From assembly GCA_039096225.1 (NCBI GenBank), contig JBBPEB010000024.1:186001-250000 (forward strand): a stretch of DNA of 64,000 bases, written 5' to 3'. Within the stretch, counting starts at the first letter, position 1. Each line of letters starts with the position of its first letter. The position numbers and the translations under genes were made by a program. Source of the DNA: Blastocystis sp. Blastoise. Lineage: Eukaryota; Protista; Bigyra: Opalinata. The notes under the pieces are model-generated. The model was not told the origin of the DNA. It worked only from the letters and a program-made list of their open reading frames with translations, and did not search any database. Positions 14,701-27,007 of this stretch are shown piece by piece.

Positions 14701-15900
14701 CAGGTTGTTCAAAAGAGTGACACATACCTCATCAGTTTCTTTATATAAACGAGAGACACATAGGGAGAATACACTATCTTTGTGTTCCATTGTTTCACAA
14801 TAGGTGAGGATTTCATTTAACATTTTGCAACTGACTTTTTGTACACTGACTCCGTCATCTTAAATAGCAGATTGAAGAATAGTCAGATAAAGAGATATAT
14901 ATTTAAGATCCTTCTTAGAGCACGTGTAGACCACATAAAGCGTTTTCTCTCGAATCATAATAGATCGACTTTTCATTCCTTTGCACAGAATATCCAGCAC
15001 AGGCTTATATCGAATAACCTGAGGATTATACTCAATAATCGTGGTTATAGCTGTATAAATGGCAGCTTGTGTTCGAATCCCGTGGGACTGTGAACATTCG
15101 ACGAGTTTATTAAGATAGAGAGGGAGTGATGTGAATAGAGGAGAAAGAAAGAGAATAGAGAGAGTGAGAGAAGACAAGGAAGGAAGAGAGGGAAGAGGCA
15201 TCTATATATATATATATATATATGAATGAAGATTTCCATAAAGATATATATAATTTACTTTATGTTTCTTAAATAACCGCGGGACTAGCTCTTGTTTCTT
15301 AACCCATGTATGTTTTTGAGAGAGCCATGTGTATATATAGAACTAGAAATAATAAGAATATAATTAATATATATATATATATATACTTGTCGAGCATGAT
15401 AAAACGTATTAAATTGATATAATGAAATATTATTGCTTTCTTCATTCCCATGGAGATTATTCATATTTAAATAAGGAAGAGTATAATTATCAAGGGAATT
15501 CGATGATTGTGGTTGTTGGGAATTCTTAGAACTTGAAAGTAATAGAAAAGTCACGTGATTGAGGAGAAGCTGTTTCTGATCACGTGATGGAGGAATATCT
15601 ATATATTATTATTATTAATAATAAATATATACCTTCCTGTTGGTTATCCGATTGATTCCATTCCACACGATTCTCCATCTATATATATATATATATACTT
15701 GTAGAGCCATCTTACAATCTTCGCAGTACCACGGCTTATCTTGAATGGACGAGTACGTGTACAGAGAGGGATCTAAACCAACGCACACACAATGAAACCA
15801 ACGATGACAACGGTCACAATCTAACATACTACCTATATATATATATATATATATACCAATTATCGTATCCAAATAAAAGAATAATAAAATGAATACTTTC
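13092..15900 (-). pseudogene. SCC2: Internal fragment of cohesin loader Nipped-B/Scc2 (PHD finger + HEAT repeats), disrupted
   Basis: Spliced translation gives a PHD half (CDRCHRWFHCVCVG..WYCEDC), then [54 protein letters not shown] and QRCVTVVGALL, in the order of the NIPBL HEAT-region motifs. In-frame TAA at 14860-14862, frame problems near 14510/14696 and 13320, and no N- or C-terminal region. Confidence 0.75.
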
Positions 15901-16196
15901 AATAATTATTTGAAGAAGTTGAATAGATATTGTAAAAGAATGAGAAGAGAAAGGAAAATTTTTGAATCAGAAAACTATAAAATACGAAAAGATTAATTAT
16001 CTAAAAAATCAATACAATAACAAAGAAATAGTGATGTATATCAATAAAACAAAATATATTACGATTAAAAAGTCTGATTATTTGGTAAAGAAGAAATACT
16101 AATAAATTGTAATATCTTGTAAACATAAATGATAGCATAATCATATAGAAAAATGTATCCCAAAATATAACATTTTTATAATAAGAAAAACATATA

Positions 16197-16335
16197 ATAG
16201 ATAAAAAAATATAAAATATAAATAAAAATGTGGTAATAGAAAAACATATCATAGATAAAAAAATATAAAATATAAATAAAAATGTAGTAATAGAAAAACA
16301 TATAATAGATAAAAAAATATAAAATATAAATAAAA
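16197..16335. repeat. 54-bp tandem repeat, ~2.5 copies
   Basis: ATAGATAAAAAAATATAAAATATAAATAAAA... starts at 16197, 16251 and 16305. Confidence 0.85.
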
Positions 16336-17721
16336 TATTGTATTTCTTTATAAATTCACAAATAAATAGTCATTTTTTGATAAATTAGAGTATGATGAAA
16401 ATAATGTTGAAATGGAAGACAATGTTTTGATTAACTAAAACTATATATATAAAGAGATTAGTAATAGGTTAAAGAAATATAACAACACTGCTAATATCTA
16501 TTATTTGACGTATATACTATTAAAAAAGGCTCAATAAAAAATAAATAAAAATAATATAATTACCAGGATATATATAAATCAGTTTAAAAGGTGATTTTCG
16601 ATTCTTGTATAATAAAAGAATAAAGAAATACGAGAAGGTGAGGCTTTAAGATTTTATACAATAATAAGACATGAAAACAAGCAACAATATCTATTAACAA
16701 AAAATAATCGCCTATATACAAACAATAATATAAGTAAATAATGATGAATAAAAATAATATTAATATATGAAAGAATAATGTTTTTTAGGATGATCAAAAC
16801 GTAAATGTCATATATCTCATATGAGCAATAGAGATATCTCATAAACGTGGGGAAAAAAATGAATAGGAATATATAAAAAGAAAGTAATAATACATTAAGA
16901 AAATTTTTGTAATAGAATAACATAAAATAAATAATGAAAAATATATAATTGAATACAATACTAATAAATACATTTGATACTATTTGATATAATTCTTTAG
17001 TCAAATATCAAGTATTATAGTATAATATAAATAAATAACATATATTTTATATATATTTACATGATTTGTAAATAACGCCATATTTGATATACAACTATTA
17101 GAAGAATTAGATCCATTTTTGGAAGAAAATTTATAAAAGAAATGAATAAAAGTATGAATAGTTAATCACTTTTGAGAATACACATAGATTTTAGATTTTT
17201 GGAGTACACTATACAATAATTATAGAATTATGATTATATATAATATGTAAGAAATACTATTTTTCTGAATGATGCAAATCTCTATTAGAGAATAATTAGA
17301 CTAGCATATGAATAGTAATATAAAATACTTGAAAAAAAATGAATGTATTAATCCTATTGAGATATAAGATAAGATAACCAAAGATGATAATTATTGCATA
17401 CAATTGTTATAAAATCATTGAATATTACAATTGTTCTACATATATAGCTTGCAGCTTCATTATCCTCCTATATATAAAAAGAAAGAAATAATTTTTTGTA
17501 TTAAAAGAAAACTATTGAAAAAAACGAACATAATATATAAATTTTAATCAATATATATATTGTAATAATACTATTTAAAAATGTATATATACAAAAATAT
17601 TTATGAATACCATAAATTTTTAATAAGATTAGAATAAATCAATAAGAGACTAAAAACTTAAATATATATATATTCATAAATATAAATAAATAATTTAATG
17701 ATATAAATATAAATAAACAAT

Positions 17722-20700
17722 TTAGTAAAGAGAATAAAAATTTTGGAAATATATAAAAATTAAGTATTCATAATATATATATACATAAACAGCATCATCA
17801 ACAACTAAAAGATTTGATTGAATGACCCATTCAATTGGTATAACATAATCTAATTCAAAATCATTCGGATTAGTTATTACTCCATATAATTTATTGCAAG
17901 AGAACATGAAATTTTTGAAGTGTTTACCTATAATAAATAAACTATCACATACCTTTATTATTTCCTGGACTTGTAAAACTGAAATTGCTTCTGAAGATCT
18001 AATATTCCCTTTTTCATAAAAACAAAGAAAACTACAGTCAATTTTCATTACTTCTGGCTTAAATGAAGATTCAATAAAAACATTTGTATTATATACATTC
18101 TTTAGCATCATAAATATTTGTTTTCTTATAAGTAGATTACTTTTTTCTTTGGTATTTATATTAAAATCGTTGTTACAAAACGGAAGATTCATTATTTGAT
18201 TCTCTAAACAAAATCCATAAATTACTTTGATATCATCTTCACTAATAACCATCGTCTTATGAAGATTATATTTCCATTCTAATGAAAAGTTTGCATTTTT
18301 ATTATTCTGATTTCGTTTTGTTAAATTGGTTACAGACTTGTGTTGGTATGCAAATTCTGAAAGAATTAATTTGTTCATTAATGATGTGCAAGTATATCTT
18401 CTATTTAAAAGAAATCTCCTCATCATAGAATATGAACGTTCATACGAGGATGTAGAATATAATCTAAGACTGCCTAAATTCTGAATATTCTGTGGAATAT
18501 GAAGTAAAGAATGCAATTGTGTATTAAAGAGTATTGAGGGAAGAGTTAACTCGAGATATAAGACTATTTTTGTTGCCTCCATTTTCAATATATTAATTTC
18601 TTCTTGTGTGTATTCTGTACGTATTGTAAGTGTTTTGTTAATAAAAGAAGCCAAAAAGAAAACAACTGGAATAAGAAGACAATCATTTTCAGAGTATCCT
18701 TCTAATAACAGAGGTATTACTTTACAGAAAAAAAATATTCTATTATAAATAGAAGATGAATAGTAATCTATTTCATTGATCATATATGAATACGATCCAA
18801 TAGGAGATTTTTTGATTCTATTTATTTTACCAATTATATTATACATCGTAGAAAGAATATTTTCATTTAGAAATAGAGGAATACTATTATATATTTCTTG
18901 TTTAGTTAAACCAGATTTAATTTTATAAAATTTAACTAATGAATCCATTATGATTTTGTTATCAACTACTTTCTTATGATGGAATAATATCTGAATTAAA
19001 GTATCACAAATATTACCATATAAATGCATCCAGTCTAACGGCATACTATTGAATATACTATAGTAGCTCAGATACTTTTCATATAATGACTCAACTGGAG
19101 ACAGACCAAAGGAACCAATGTTTCTATCTTTTTTTATGTCTATTTCATTTCTTATTTCAATATCAATTGAATCGAAAAAATCTGGTTGTACATATTCCTT
19201 TTTTATAGTAATTGGCTTATCTAATATAATCTTGATATTAGAAGATAACGATTCTTTGGAAAGTTTCTTTTCTTCTTTTGAACATGAATACATTATAGGA
19301 AGAGATTTATTAACCATAAACGATCTTTTATCTGAATTAACTGAAGAAAAACATGTTTTGATTCCATTCTTTGTTCTTGCCTCCTTTCTTACTTTACAAT
19401 ATCTGCAGAAGAAACTGCCTACTTGATTATTCATATGAATTTGTTTTGCAGCTTCAGGAAAATCGCAGCAACTACATAATAGGATGGCTTTAGCAGTGAC
19501 ATATTTATTTTGATTTTTATCATAGAATTTAATACCATTCTCGTAAAGATACTTGAATTCCTTGAGTAAATACTCCATAATAACTTCATTAATAGCTGAT
19601 TGAGTAACAGAATAAAAGTAATGACTTTTAGAATCTAAACATTGTTCTAAGGAATTATTTAACAGTAATAACGATATAGGAGTTGTGGATTTATTTTCTG
19701 GATTTTTTGAGTGATTATAGAGAGCTACACCATCAACAGACATGGTAAAAGTAAAAACATAGTCACATGTTTTTAAAATAGGTGAAACATAAGAAGAAAA
19801 AAGTTCCGAATAAAATAAGGGATTGATATGATGATTATTAGGGATTCTTTTTGTTTCTAGGTAGGACAATATTTCTGTAGATTTTATGAAAGATAATTCT
19901 TGCATTTGTTTTTCGTCTGATAATAATGAAATAATTCTATAACACAGTGGATACATAATTACTTTCTGAATAGTACTATCTATATATTGTGTTGAATATT
20001 AACTAAAGAATATAATATTGAATAATTATATATAAAAGCTAATAACAATTGCTTTATTATTTATTATATTAAAAAAATAAAAAAGATATATATTTATATA
20101 CCTGTTCCACATAAACACTTGTTGTATTCCTTAGATAAGCGCGGCTCAAGATGGCTAATATCGAATTGAATAACCTTTTGGCATTTTTGACATATAAACA
20201 GTGTAGCTCTATTTTTATAATTATCCATGTATTTTCTTTTCATTTTTCTTAACATTTTTTTACCATTTTCTTCCAAAGTAATATTATTTAAATTGATTAT
20301 ACTATCTTCTTGACATTCTTTAAGAAACAAAATCATGTTTTCTATTTGTGATTCTGTCATTGAATTCTCATGAATAAGATTCATTAATCGTATGAAAAAC
20401 CTCTTATTTTTGCTATCATTTTGAACTTCATCATTCTAAATAGTTTATTTATCAACAAATATGAATGTATATACATTTTGTTTTTGTTCAATGGAATTCA
20501 ATAAACAATTTATATAACTATCTATATAAAAAGAAGATAATCATGAGTCAATATATATATATACCTTCTGAAATCTGACAAGTTTCCGTAAATAATATAT
20601 CATCTATTTGTAATATTTCGTTATCATTTGATATCGTATCAATTCTTGTTGATCCATTTTGAATATGTTTGTGACTTTTTTTATTTGATCTTTTCTCTCT

Positions 20701-20724
20701 GATTGTTAGCTTAGAAGGACGCAT
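17722..20724 (-). CDS. EnSpm/CACTA (CMC) superfamily transposase, multi-exon; 3' end uncertain
   Basis: Likely ATG at 20724, with upstream exons (including a CxxC) spliced to the 744-aa ORF. Motifs SVDGVALY..STTPISLLLLN, CDFPEAAK..GSFFCRYC, LDWMHL, LHSLLHIPQNIQNLGSL..STSSYER. Confidence 0.8.
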
Positions 20725-20899
20725 GATTTTAATTTTCTTTTACAAACAATAGTGATCAATACCGTATATCCTAGAAAATCTAAAAATAAATATTTTAAAA
20801 ATAACCATAGAAAACAAAAATTAAGATTTTATTTGTATATACGTTTATACATACAATTCAGGATCTATATTTCGTTACTATTTCTCTATAGCCAACTCT

Positions 20900-22031
20900 A
20901 TGAGCGATATTGATTCATCATCCTCTTCTTCATCATCAGATGAATTTATTTTAAGCAAAAATACAGTGTTGAACAAAATTACATCAGCAAAAGCATCGAA
21001 GCAGAAACTAGATAAAAACAGTAATAGGAATATATTCAAAAAGATAAACGTATATTTTGTTAAAATCTATTTTATTATACCTAGAAGTATCAGAGACGAT
21101 ATCAAAAATACTCAAGCCGTTTAGACAATAATAATATCTATGATAGAAGAATACTTGAGCAACAAATTGGTCTGACAAGTGAATCGGTTCTGAATGAGAT
21201 GAAAAGAATTATCGATGTTATTTCTAATCTACATAAAAAGCAAGAATATACATGTATTTTATTTTAATACATACTACTTTTATGTGTAAATTATATTCTT
21301 TTATATTTTACGTGTTTTATATTTGTACAATTTTTTATTATTATTATATATATATTTTTTTTAAATTAATGCATTTATGTTTGTGTTGTATTTTCATGCT
21401 TTATCATATTTATGAGTGTTTCTATTTTCCACTTTCTGTTAATTTCTATAATAATACTAATAATAATACTAATAATAATACTAATGATAATAATATATAA
21501 TAATAATAATAATATATAATAATAATAATAATATATATATATATATATATATTACACTTTAGGGGATCCAACATTACCTATATCGCTTTTTCAAAAAATC
21601 AATCGTTTCTGTAATGATCAACTTGGTCTAAGGGATTTGCCAATATTAGATGGTCAACCACAAAAGAATTATATAATAGTATAATATATATAATAGTTTA
21701 TTTTTGTTTATAATTATTTTTTTGTTTTTATTTATGATTATAGAATAATTTCCTTACTTATTTATCAACAAATAAAAATAAAATGAATACATACGTATCT
21801 ATAATTAAAGGCACAGAGGATGTATTAACAATTTCTGATGATGATGAATTTAATAGCTTTTTAAATGAATTCTGTAAATCAACAGTTAAGAGCATTGATA
21901 CAATCCCTGATTACTTATATGTATCAGAAATTATATTGAATGATACAAAAACAAAAATCATTAAGTATAAAAATAATGAAGATATTTTTAGTAATGAAGA
22001 AAAATTATTTATGTTTAACCTTTTTATTTAA
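20900..22031 (+). CDS. Hypothetical spliced gene divergent from the EnSpm-like transposase (possible accessory TnpA-like ORF)
   Basis: ATG at 20900 with an S/D-rich start, several GT-AG-bounded coding-like segments, last exon ending at 22031. The two-gene layout is typical of CACTA elements. Confidence 0.45.
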
Positions 22032-23570
22032 TCGATTTGTTATGATATCTATCTGATTCATTTCTGATTAAAATCTATTATATATAAATTTATATATCAT
22101 ATTAACTCTTTTTTATTTCTATTTTGTTTTATATTTTTGTTTTATTTATAATTCTAATTTTGTGTCAATATTATTGTATCAATTTCTTTATTTCTTTATT
22201 AAATTGTATAATAGTCATAATGATCATAATAGATCTAAAAAAGCATGAAGTATAATTCAAGTACAACTAAGAATTTCAGCTAAATTAAAAAAATAATAAA
22301 GTACTTTTGTTTTATTTCCTACTACTAATGATTATTATCATATAATACTATTCAAATAACAAGAATTGTACCATAAAACAACAGAATTCAAAATGTAAAA
22401 TCATAATGTGTCTAAAAAATAATGCTATTTATAGTTCATGAGTTAGTATATACCATTTCATAAGCATATTTATAATTCTATATATGTTTTAAAAGCCACT
22501 TTTAAAATCAAGTTTTAGAAAGTGATAACTTGGATTCATAAACATTATTTCTTTCTCACAAACCATGTATTCATGTATAATAATCGACAATATGATCAAT
22601 ATCTAAGTATAAAATGAAAAAACATTTAACTTGAAGAAAATTGTACTTTAAGAACTTTTCTCAAGTTAATCAGACAACATTTAATTTTTTCAGCATTTTT
22701 TGTTTCTCGAAAAAAAACGAGAATTTCTCAGAAAAATTTTATGTAAATACCGTGAATGCCCTGTTTATGCTATTGACAGGCAAAAGAAAACAGTATATTT
22801 TGGGTCAAATACACGAATATTGCGTGTAACTTTTTCTTGTCATTTTTTAAAATATCATTTTTACTTATTTCTTTAATGTTTATATTTAAGAATACATTCT
22901 TTTTAACCATTAATAATACAGTAAAACTATCTCTAGAAAAAACTGCCTTTACTCCATTATCAGTGAATCGCGACTAGTGAGGAAATCAGTTGTTATTTGA
23001 CGTAGACATGCGTATAGAGCTTTAATATTAGATATGTGAATTAAAAGACTCATCTCTTATTATATCACGACATAATTACGATCTTTCTCAAAATTAGTTA
23101 TTTAGAGTTTTGAATATGACTTTCATGTCAAATACTATGCCCTAAACACACACATAATCTCTTATTAAAATAAAATCACATATTGATGGTAAACCATGGT
23201 CAAATATAAATGCTCTTTGTTCAAGTTTCATTTTTGAACCGAGAAATTCAGAGTCCTCAGGTTGTCTGGCAGGAAAACTGTTTACGAGTTTAGGCCTAAC
23301 CATTTTTGATAAAAAAACTTGAGTCATTTTACTCTCTCTCTCACGGGGAAATATCAAGAAAAAAAGCAAAACGACAGTAGTGATTAAAAATATATATGTT
23401 ATTATATAAACAAACAAATAAAATAAAATAAATACAAAAAATAAATAAAATTCATAATATAAAAGAAATTCCTTTTGTAAAATTATTATAAAAAAAGAAA
23501 TTTTCTATAAAATAAAATTTATAAGAAAAAGTAAATTTTTAGAAACAACTTAGAATTCTATAAAGAATTA

Positions 23571-23852
23571 AAGAATTCTATGAAGTGTACGACAGTTTTT
23601 ATTGGATAAAAATTCAAATTAGAGCCTTTTATCGCATTTTAGTGGCCCAGTCGGTTAAGTCACTTCTTTGTGGGACCGTTTTAAGCCCTTAGACGTGGAA
23701 TTTTTGAAAATTTTAAAAGCGCGTCATAATACGTTTTTGATATAGATTATAAATCTTTTGAAAGTGTAACGTAGATATGTAACACAAAAAAGTAATCGGT
23801 CCATTTATATCAGTACAATTTCGTGCGAGCTTATTCCTTTTATATATAAGAT
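23571..23852. repeat. Helentron/DINE-1-like non-autonomous element 3' portion (copies also at ~34790-34970 and ~51710-51991)
   Basis: Clear similarity to 51710-51991 (GTACGACAGTTTTTATTGG, GTAACACAAAAAAGTAATCGGTCCATTTATATCAG); all three copies end TTTATATAYAAGAT. The family assignment is inference. Confidence 0.65.
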
Positions 23853-24006
23853 ATATAGAAACAACATATGTATTGTATTATGAATAATCGAATATAATCG
23901 ATAATCGAACAATAATTTAATTATTTATTCGTTTAGTATAAAATATTCTAGATTAATCGACAAAAGTCGGAAAAAAGAATCGATTTTCTTCGATAACGAA
24001 CCCTGC

Positions 24007-24784
24007 TGAAAACTTATATATATTATACATACTGATGGATTAAAAGGTCTTAGAAAAGCTTTGAAAGAGGTTGTTCCATTGATTTCATGCTCTTTGTTTT
24101 ATCATGCCAAACAGACAATGCATAAAAATTTCCTATTAAAACAAAAAATAAGTCAGCAAATGGCCTATATCGTTCATATATTTACTCAAATTCTCTTGAA
24201 GAAGCAAAAAAACATTAGCAGAAACAATTGTATCTATTCATGAGCAATATAATGAATCTTCTATAACTAAAGAAGTGTATGGCTCCTGTAATTTAGTTGC
24301 TGAATATTTATTAAATAATGTTGATGACATTTCAAAATATGCGTATCCTATGGAAATGAAAACTCTAACAAACATCCCTACAGATCAAATACATAGTTTA
24401 TGAAGTCCTGCAATAAGAAGAAGCATAATTTCATTATTTCTTTTCTTTTATAATAAATTTTTCAGATCAATAATTGAGAAATACAATGAAAAGAATATGA
24501 TGGAAAGTAAACTAACTCCTGCCTTATAAATGAGATATCATGCTATTAATATAAATAAATAAAAACTAGAAAATTATGAACATATTATATATAAAATTTT
24601 ATATAATTATGCTATACTGAAATGGTTGGATCTATAACTCATAATGGAAGTATTTTTTCTTGTTCTTATTGCTCAACCACAGAATCGATTTGTGATCACC
24701 TGTTTTGGTATATCAAATACAGAGAAATTGAAATATACACGTTACCAAAATCATTTAAACAGAAACTATTTGAATTCAATTGTA
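24007..24784 (+). pseudogene. Decayed MULE transposase (second Asp to SWIM finger), continuing at 30290 after the Tc1 insertion
   Basis: IHTDGLKGLRKALKEVVPLISCSLFYH (second catalytic D and the CxxH region) and SWIM-like CSYCSTTESICDH. The frame FNC|TQKYSW resumes after the TA TSD at 30288-30289. Confidence 0.7.
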
Positions 24785-25378
24785 CAGTGTTTTGCAATTT
24801 ACAATTGCACTGTTTGCAAAATACTTTGGCTTCAAATTTTTAAAAAAATCGTGAAATTTTTTTTTTGCAAAATACTTTGGAAGCCAATTTTTTTTTGCAA
24901 AATACTTTGGCATCATGAAAAAATTTTGCAAAATACTTTGGATTTGACTTTTTGCAAAATACTTTGGCTTTGACTATTTGCAAAAAACAATGGATTTTTT
25001 TCAAAAAACAATGGATAATTTTGCAAAAAACAATGGATTTACATATATATATATTAATAAAAATTTTTATTGAGAGACTACTATAAGGTCAACCAAAATT
25101 GCCCTAAAAGCCGATTCAATTTTTCTTTGATTTTTTATAGTCGGCTTTTAGGGCAATTTTGGTTGACCTTATATGACTTTGGGAATATTTTTTTTTATTT
25201 TTTTATTTTACTTTTAAATGACGTTTTTAATAAGATTCGTGTTCTAAAAGAACATTATTTGTGTTTTTTATGTTACAATAAACAACTTCTAATCATTAAT
25301 TCTATTCATTGTTTAAAAGGAATTTTGTACTATATCCTATATTAACACTTCATACTATTGCTTACTTGTTTATTAAAC

Positions 25379-26656
25379 ATGTCTCTCTTTTTCGCTGACG
25401 TTACTAACCCTGATTCACGTGCTGATTACTTGCTTTCCGTTCCTCCTATTATTCCTCAGCCAATAGAATCTGTTGATTTTGAACTTGCTCCATCTGTTCC
25501 AATGATTTTTGAAGCTCTTCCTCCTATTCAAACTGCTAATAACCCTGTTGCTACAATTCCTACTGTTCCTATTGCTCCTAAACGTATTTATGTTAAAGTC
25601 ACTCAAATTCAACGTGATGCGTTAAGAAGATACTATTCTGAACATGGTGAAACATGGTCTGTTCTTACTTATTCGACTAAAACTGGTATTAAACCGAAAC
25701 AAACATCTGCTTTCATTAAGATACTTCGTGATGGTGGTTCTATTGATTTATCAAGTGTGAAGAAAGGAAGAAAGAAGTTAATTACTGTTAATGGTTCTAT
25801 AAGATTAACTGAGATGATTAGAGAAAACAATAAGATAACACTTACTGAAATGTCTACGAAATTAGCTACTCCTGAACCAATAAATGAAGAAGAAGATAAT
25901 CAAGGAGAAGAAGAAGAAGATAATGGTGTTATTGATGCTTCTATTTCTACTATTTCTAGACATCTTCGTTTTGGTATGGAAAAAGATGGTCAACCTGCTT
26001 TTACTATTAAACTTGCTTCTCATAGAGAACCTGCTAGTAATACTGCTGCTAATAAAGAAAAGAGAATAGAAGTTATTCAAAAATTGAACCTATTAGAATC
26101 TCGTGGTCATATGATAGTGTATGTTGATGAAAGTCATTGGGAAGTTGGTTTAGTTCATCGTCATTTGCGTTCTCCAAGAGGTGAAAAAGCATTTGATAAT
26201 TGTAACTCTCGTTCTTTAAGTATAACTGCTCTTACTTCTATTTCTACTTTAGGTGTTGGCTATACTGAGTTAATTCATGGATCCGTTAATGCTGAAATCT
26301 TTCAATCCTATTTAAGTGGATTGTTGAACTCCCTCAATGGTACTGGTAGTCACGTGATTTATTTGGATAATGCATCCATTCATCACGATCCTGGTGTTGC
26401 TGCTAAGGTTAGTGAAGCTGGTCATCAACTAGTTTTTGGAGCTCCTTATAGTCCTGAACTTAATCCAATAGAAAAAGTCTTTGGATTCTGGAAAACTCGT
26501 GCTGAAAATGATTTGAAGATCTTTACAAATCTTGAAGATTTGGTTAATAAGATTGGAAATCATTTTCGTTCGATTAATCCAATGGAAGTTCGTGCAACTA
26601 TCCAAGGAACTATCCGAAACGTTTGGCCTAAGGTTATGAACAGAGATGATATATAA
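25379..26656 (+). CDS. Tc1/IS630-family DD34E transposase
   Basis: First ATG at 25379. Motifs VYVDESH, YLDNASIH, YSPELNPIEKVFG; D-34-E spacing; clearly related to the 6712 transposase. Confidence 0.92.
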   Translation: MSLFFADVTNPDSRADYLLSVPPIIPQPIESVDFELAPSVPMIFEALPPIQTANNPVATIPTVPIAPKRIYVKVTQIQRDALRRYYSEHGETWSVLTYSTKTGIKPKQTSAFIKILRDGGSIDLSSVKKGRKKLITVNGSIRLTEMIRENNKITLTEMSTKLATPEPINEEEDNQGEEEEDNGVIDASISTISRHLRFGMEKDGQPAFTIKLASHREPASNTAANKEKRIEVIQKLNLLESRGHMIVYVDESHWEVGLVHRHLRSPRGEKAFDNCNSRSLSITALTSISTLGVGYTELIHGSVNAEIFQSYLSGLLNSLNGTGSHVIYLDNASIHHDPGVAAKVSEAGHQLVFGAPYSPELNPIEKVFGFWKTRAENDLKIFTNLEDLVNKIGNHFRSINPMEVRATIQGTIRNVWPKVMNRDDI

Positions 26657-27007
26657 ACAGTTATTTATATATACTTTATATATATATTATATATAAATTT
26701 GTTCAGTTTTTTAATATTTTGTTTTGTTTATTGTAACATAAAAAACACAAATAATGTTCTTTTAGAACACGAATCTCATTAAAAACGTCATTTAAAAGTA
26801 AAATAAAAAAACAAAAAAAAAATATTCCCAAAGTCATATAAAGTCAACCAAAATTGCCCTAAAAGCCGACTATAAAAAATCAAAGAAAAATTGAATCGGC
26901 TTTTAGGGCAATTTTGGTTGACCTTATAGTAGGCTCCCAATAAAAAATTTTATTAATATATATATATGTAAATCCATTGTTTTTTGCAAAATTATCCATT
27001 GTTTTTG

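Noticed and set aside
13323-14823. YIYIYI-rich ORFs in the ORF track (also 42208-42851, 54065-54878 antisense, 16001-17004)
   Set aside because: Translations of (TA)n, (TTC)n, (AAT)n or antisense/AT-rich sequence; no independent coding evidence.
14860-14862. Alternative genetic code (TAA/TAG = Gln or TGA sense), suggested by in-frame stops in SCC2, the Crypton YR, MULE and the micro-exon gene
   Set aside because: Most of the same loci also carry frameshifts or truncations, all three stop types occur, and the long intact ORFs have no internal stops and end in TAA/TAG; pseudogenisation explains it.
22640-22754. Complete CACTA element boundaries
   Set aside because: A candidate right end (...TAAATACCGTG) is visible but I found no matching left TIR or TSD in the window.
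23884-24005. hAT element ending ...CGATAACGAACCCTG with AATCGA subterminal repeats
   Set aside because: Looks like a solo hAT terminus; no partner end was identified, so it is not called as an element.
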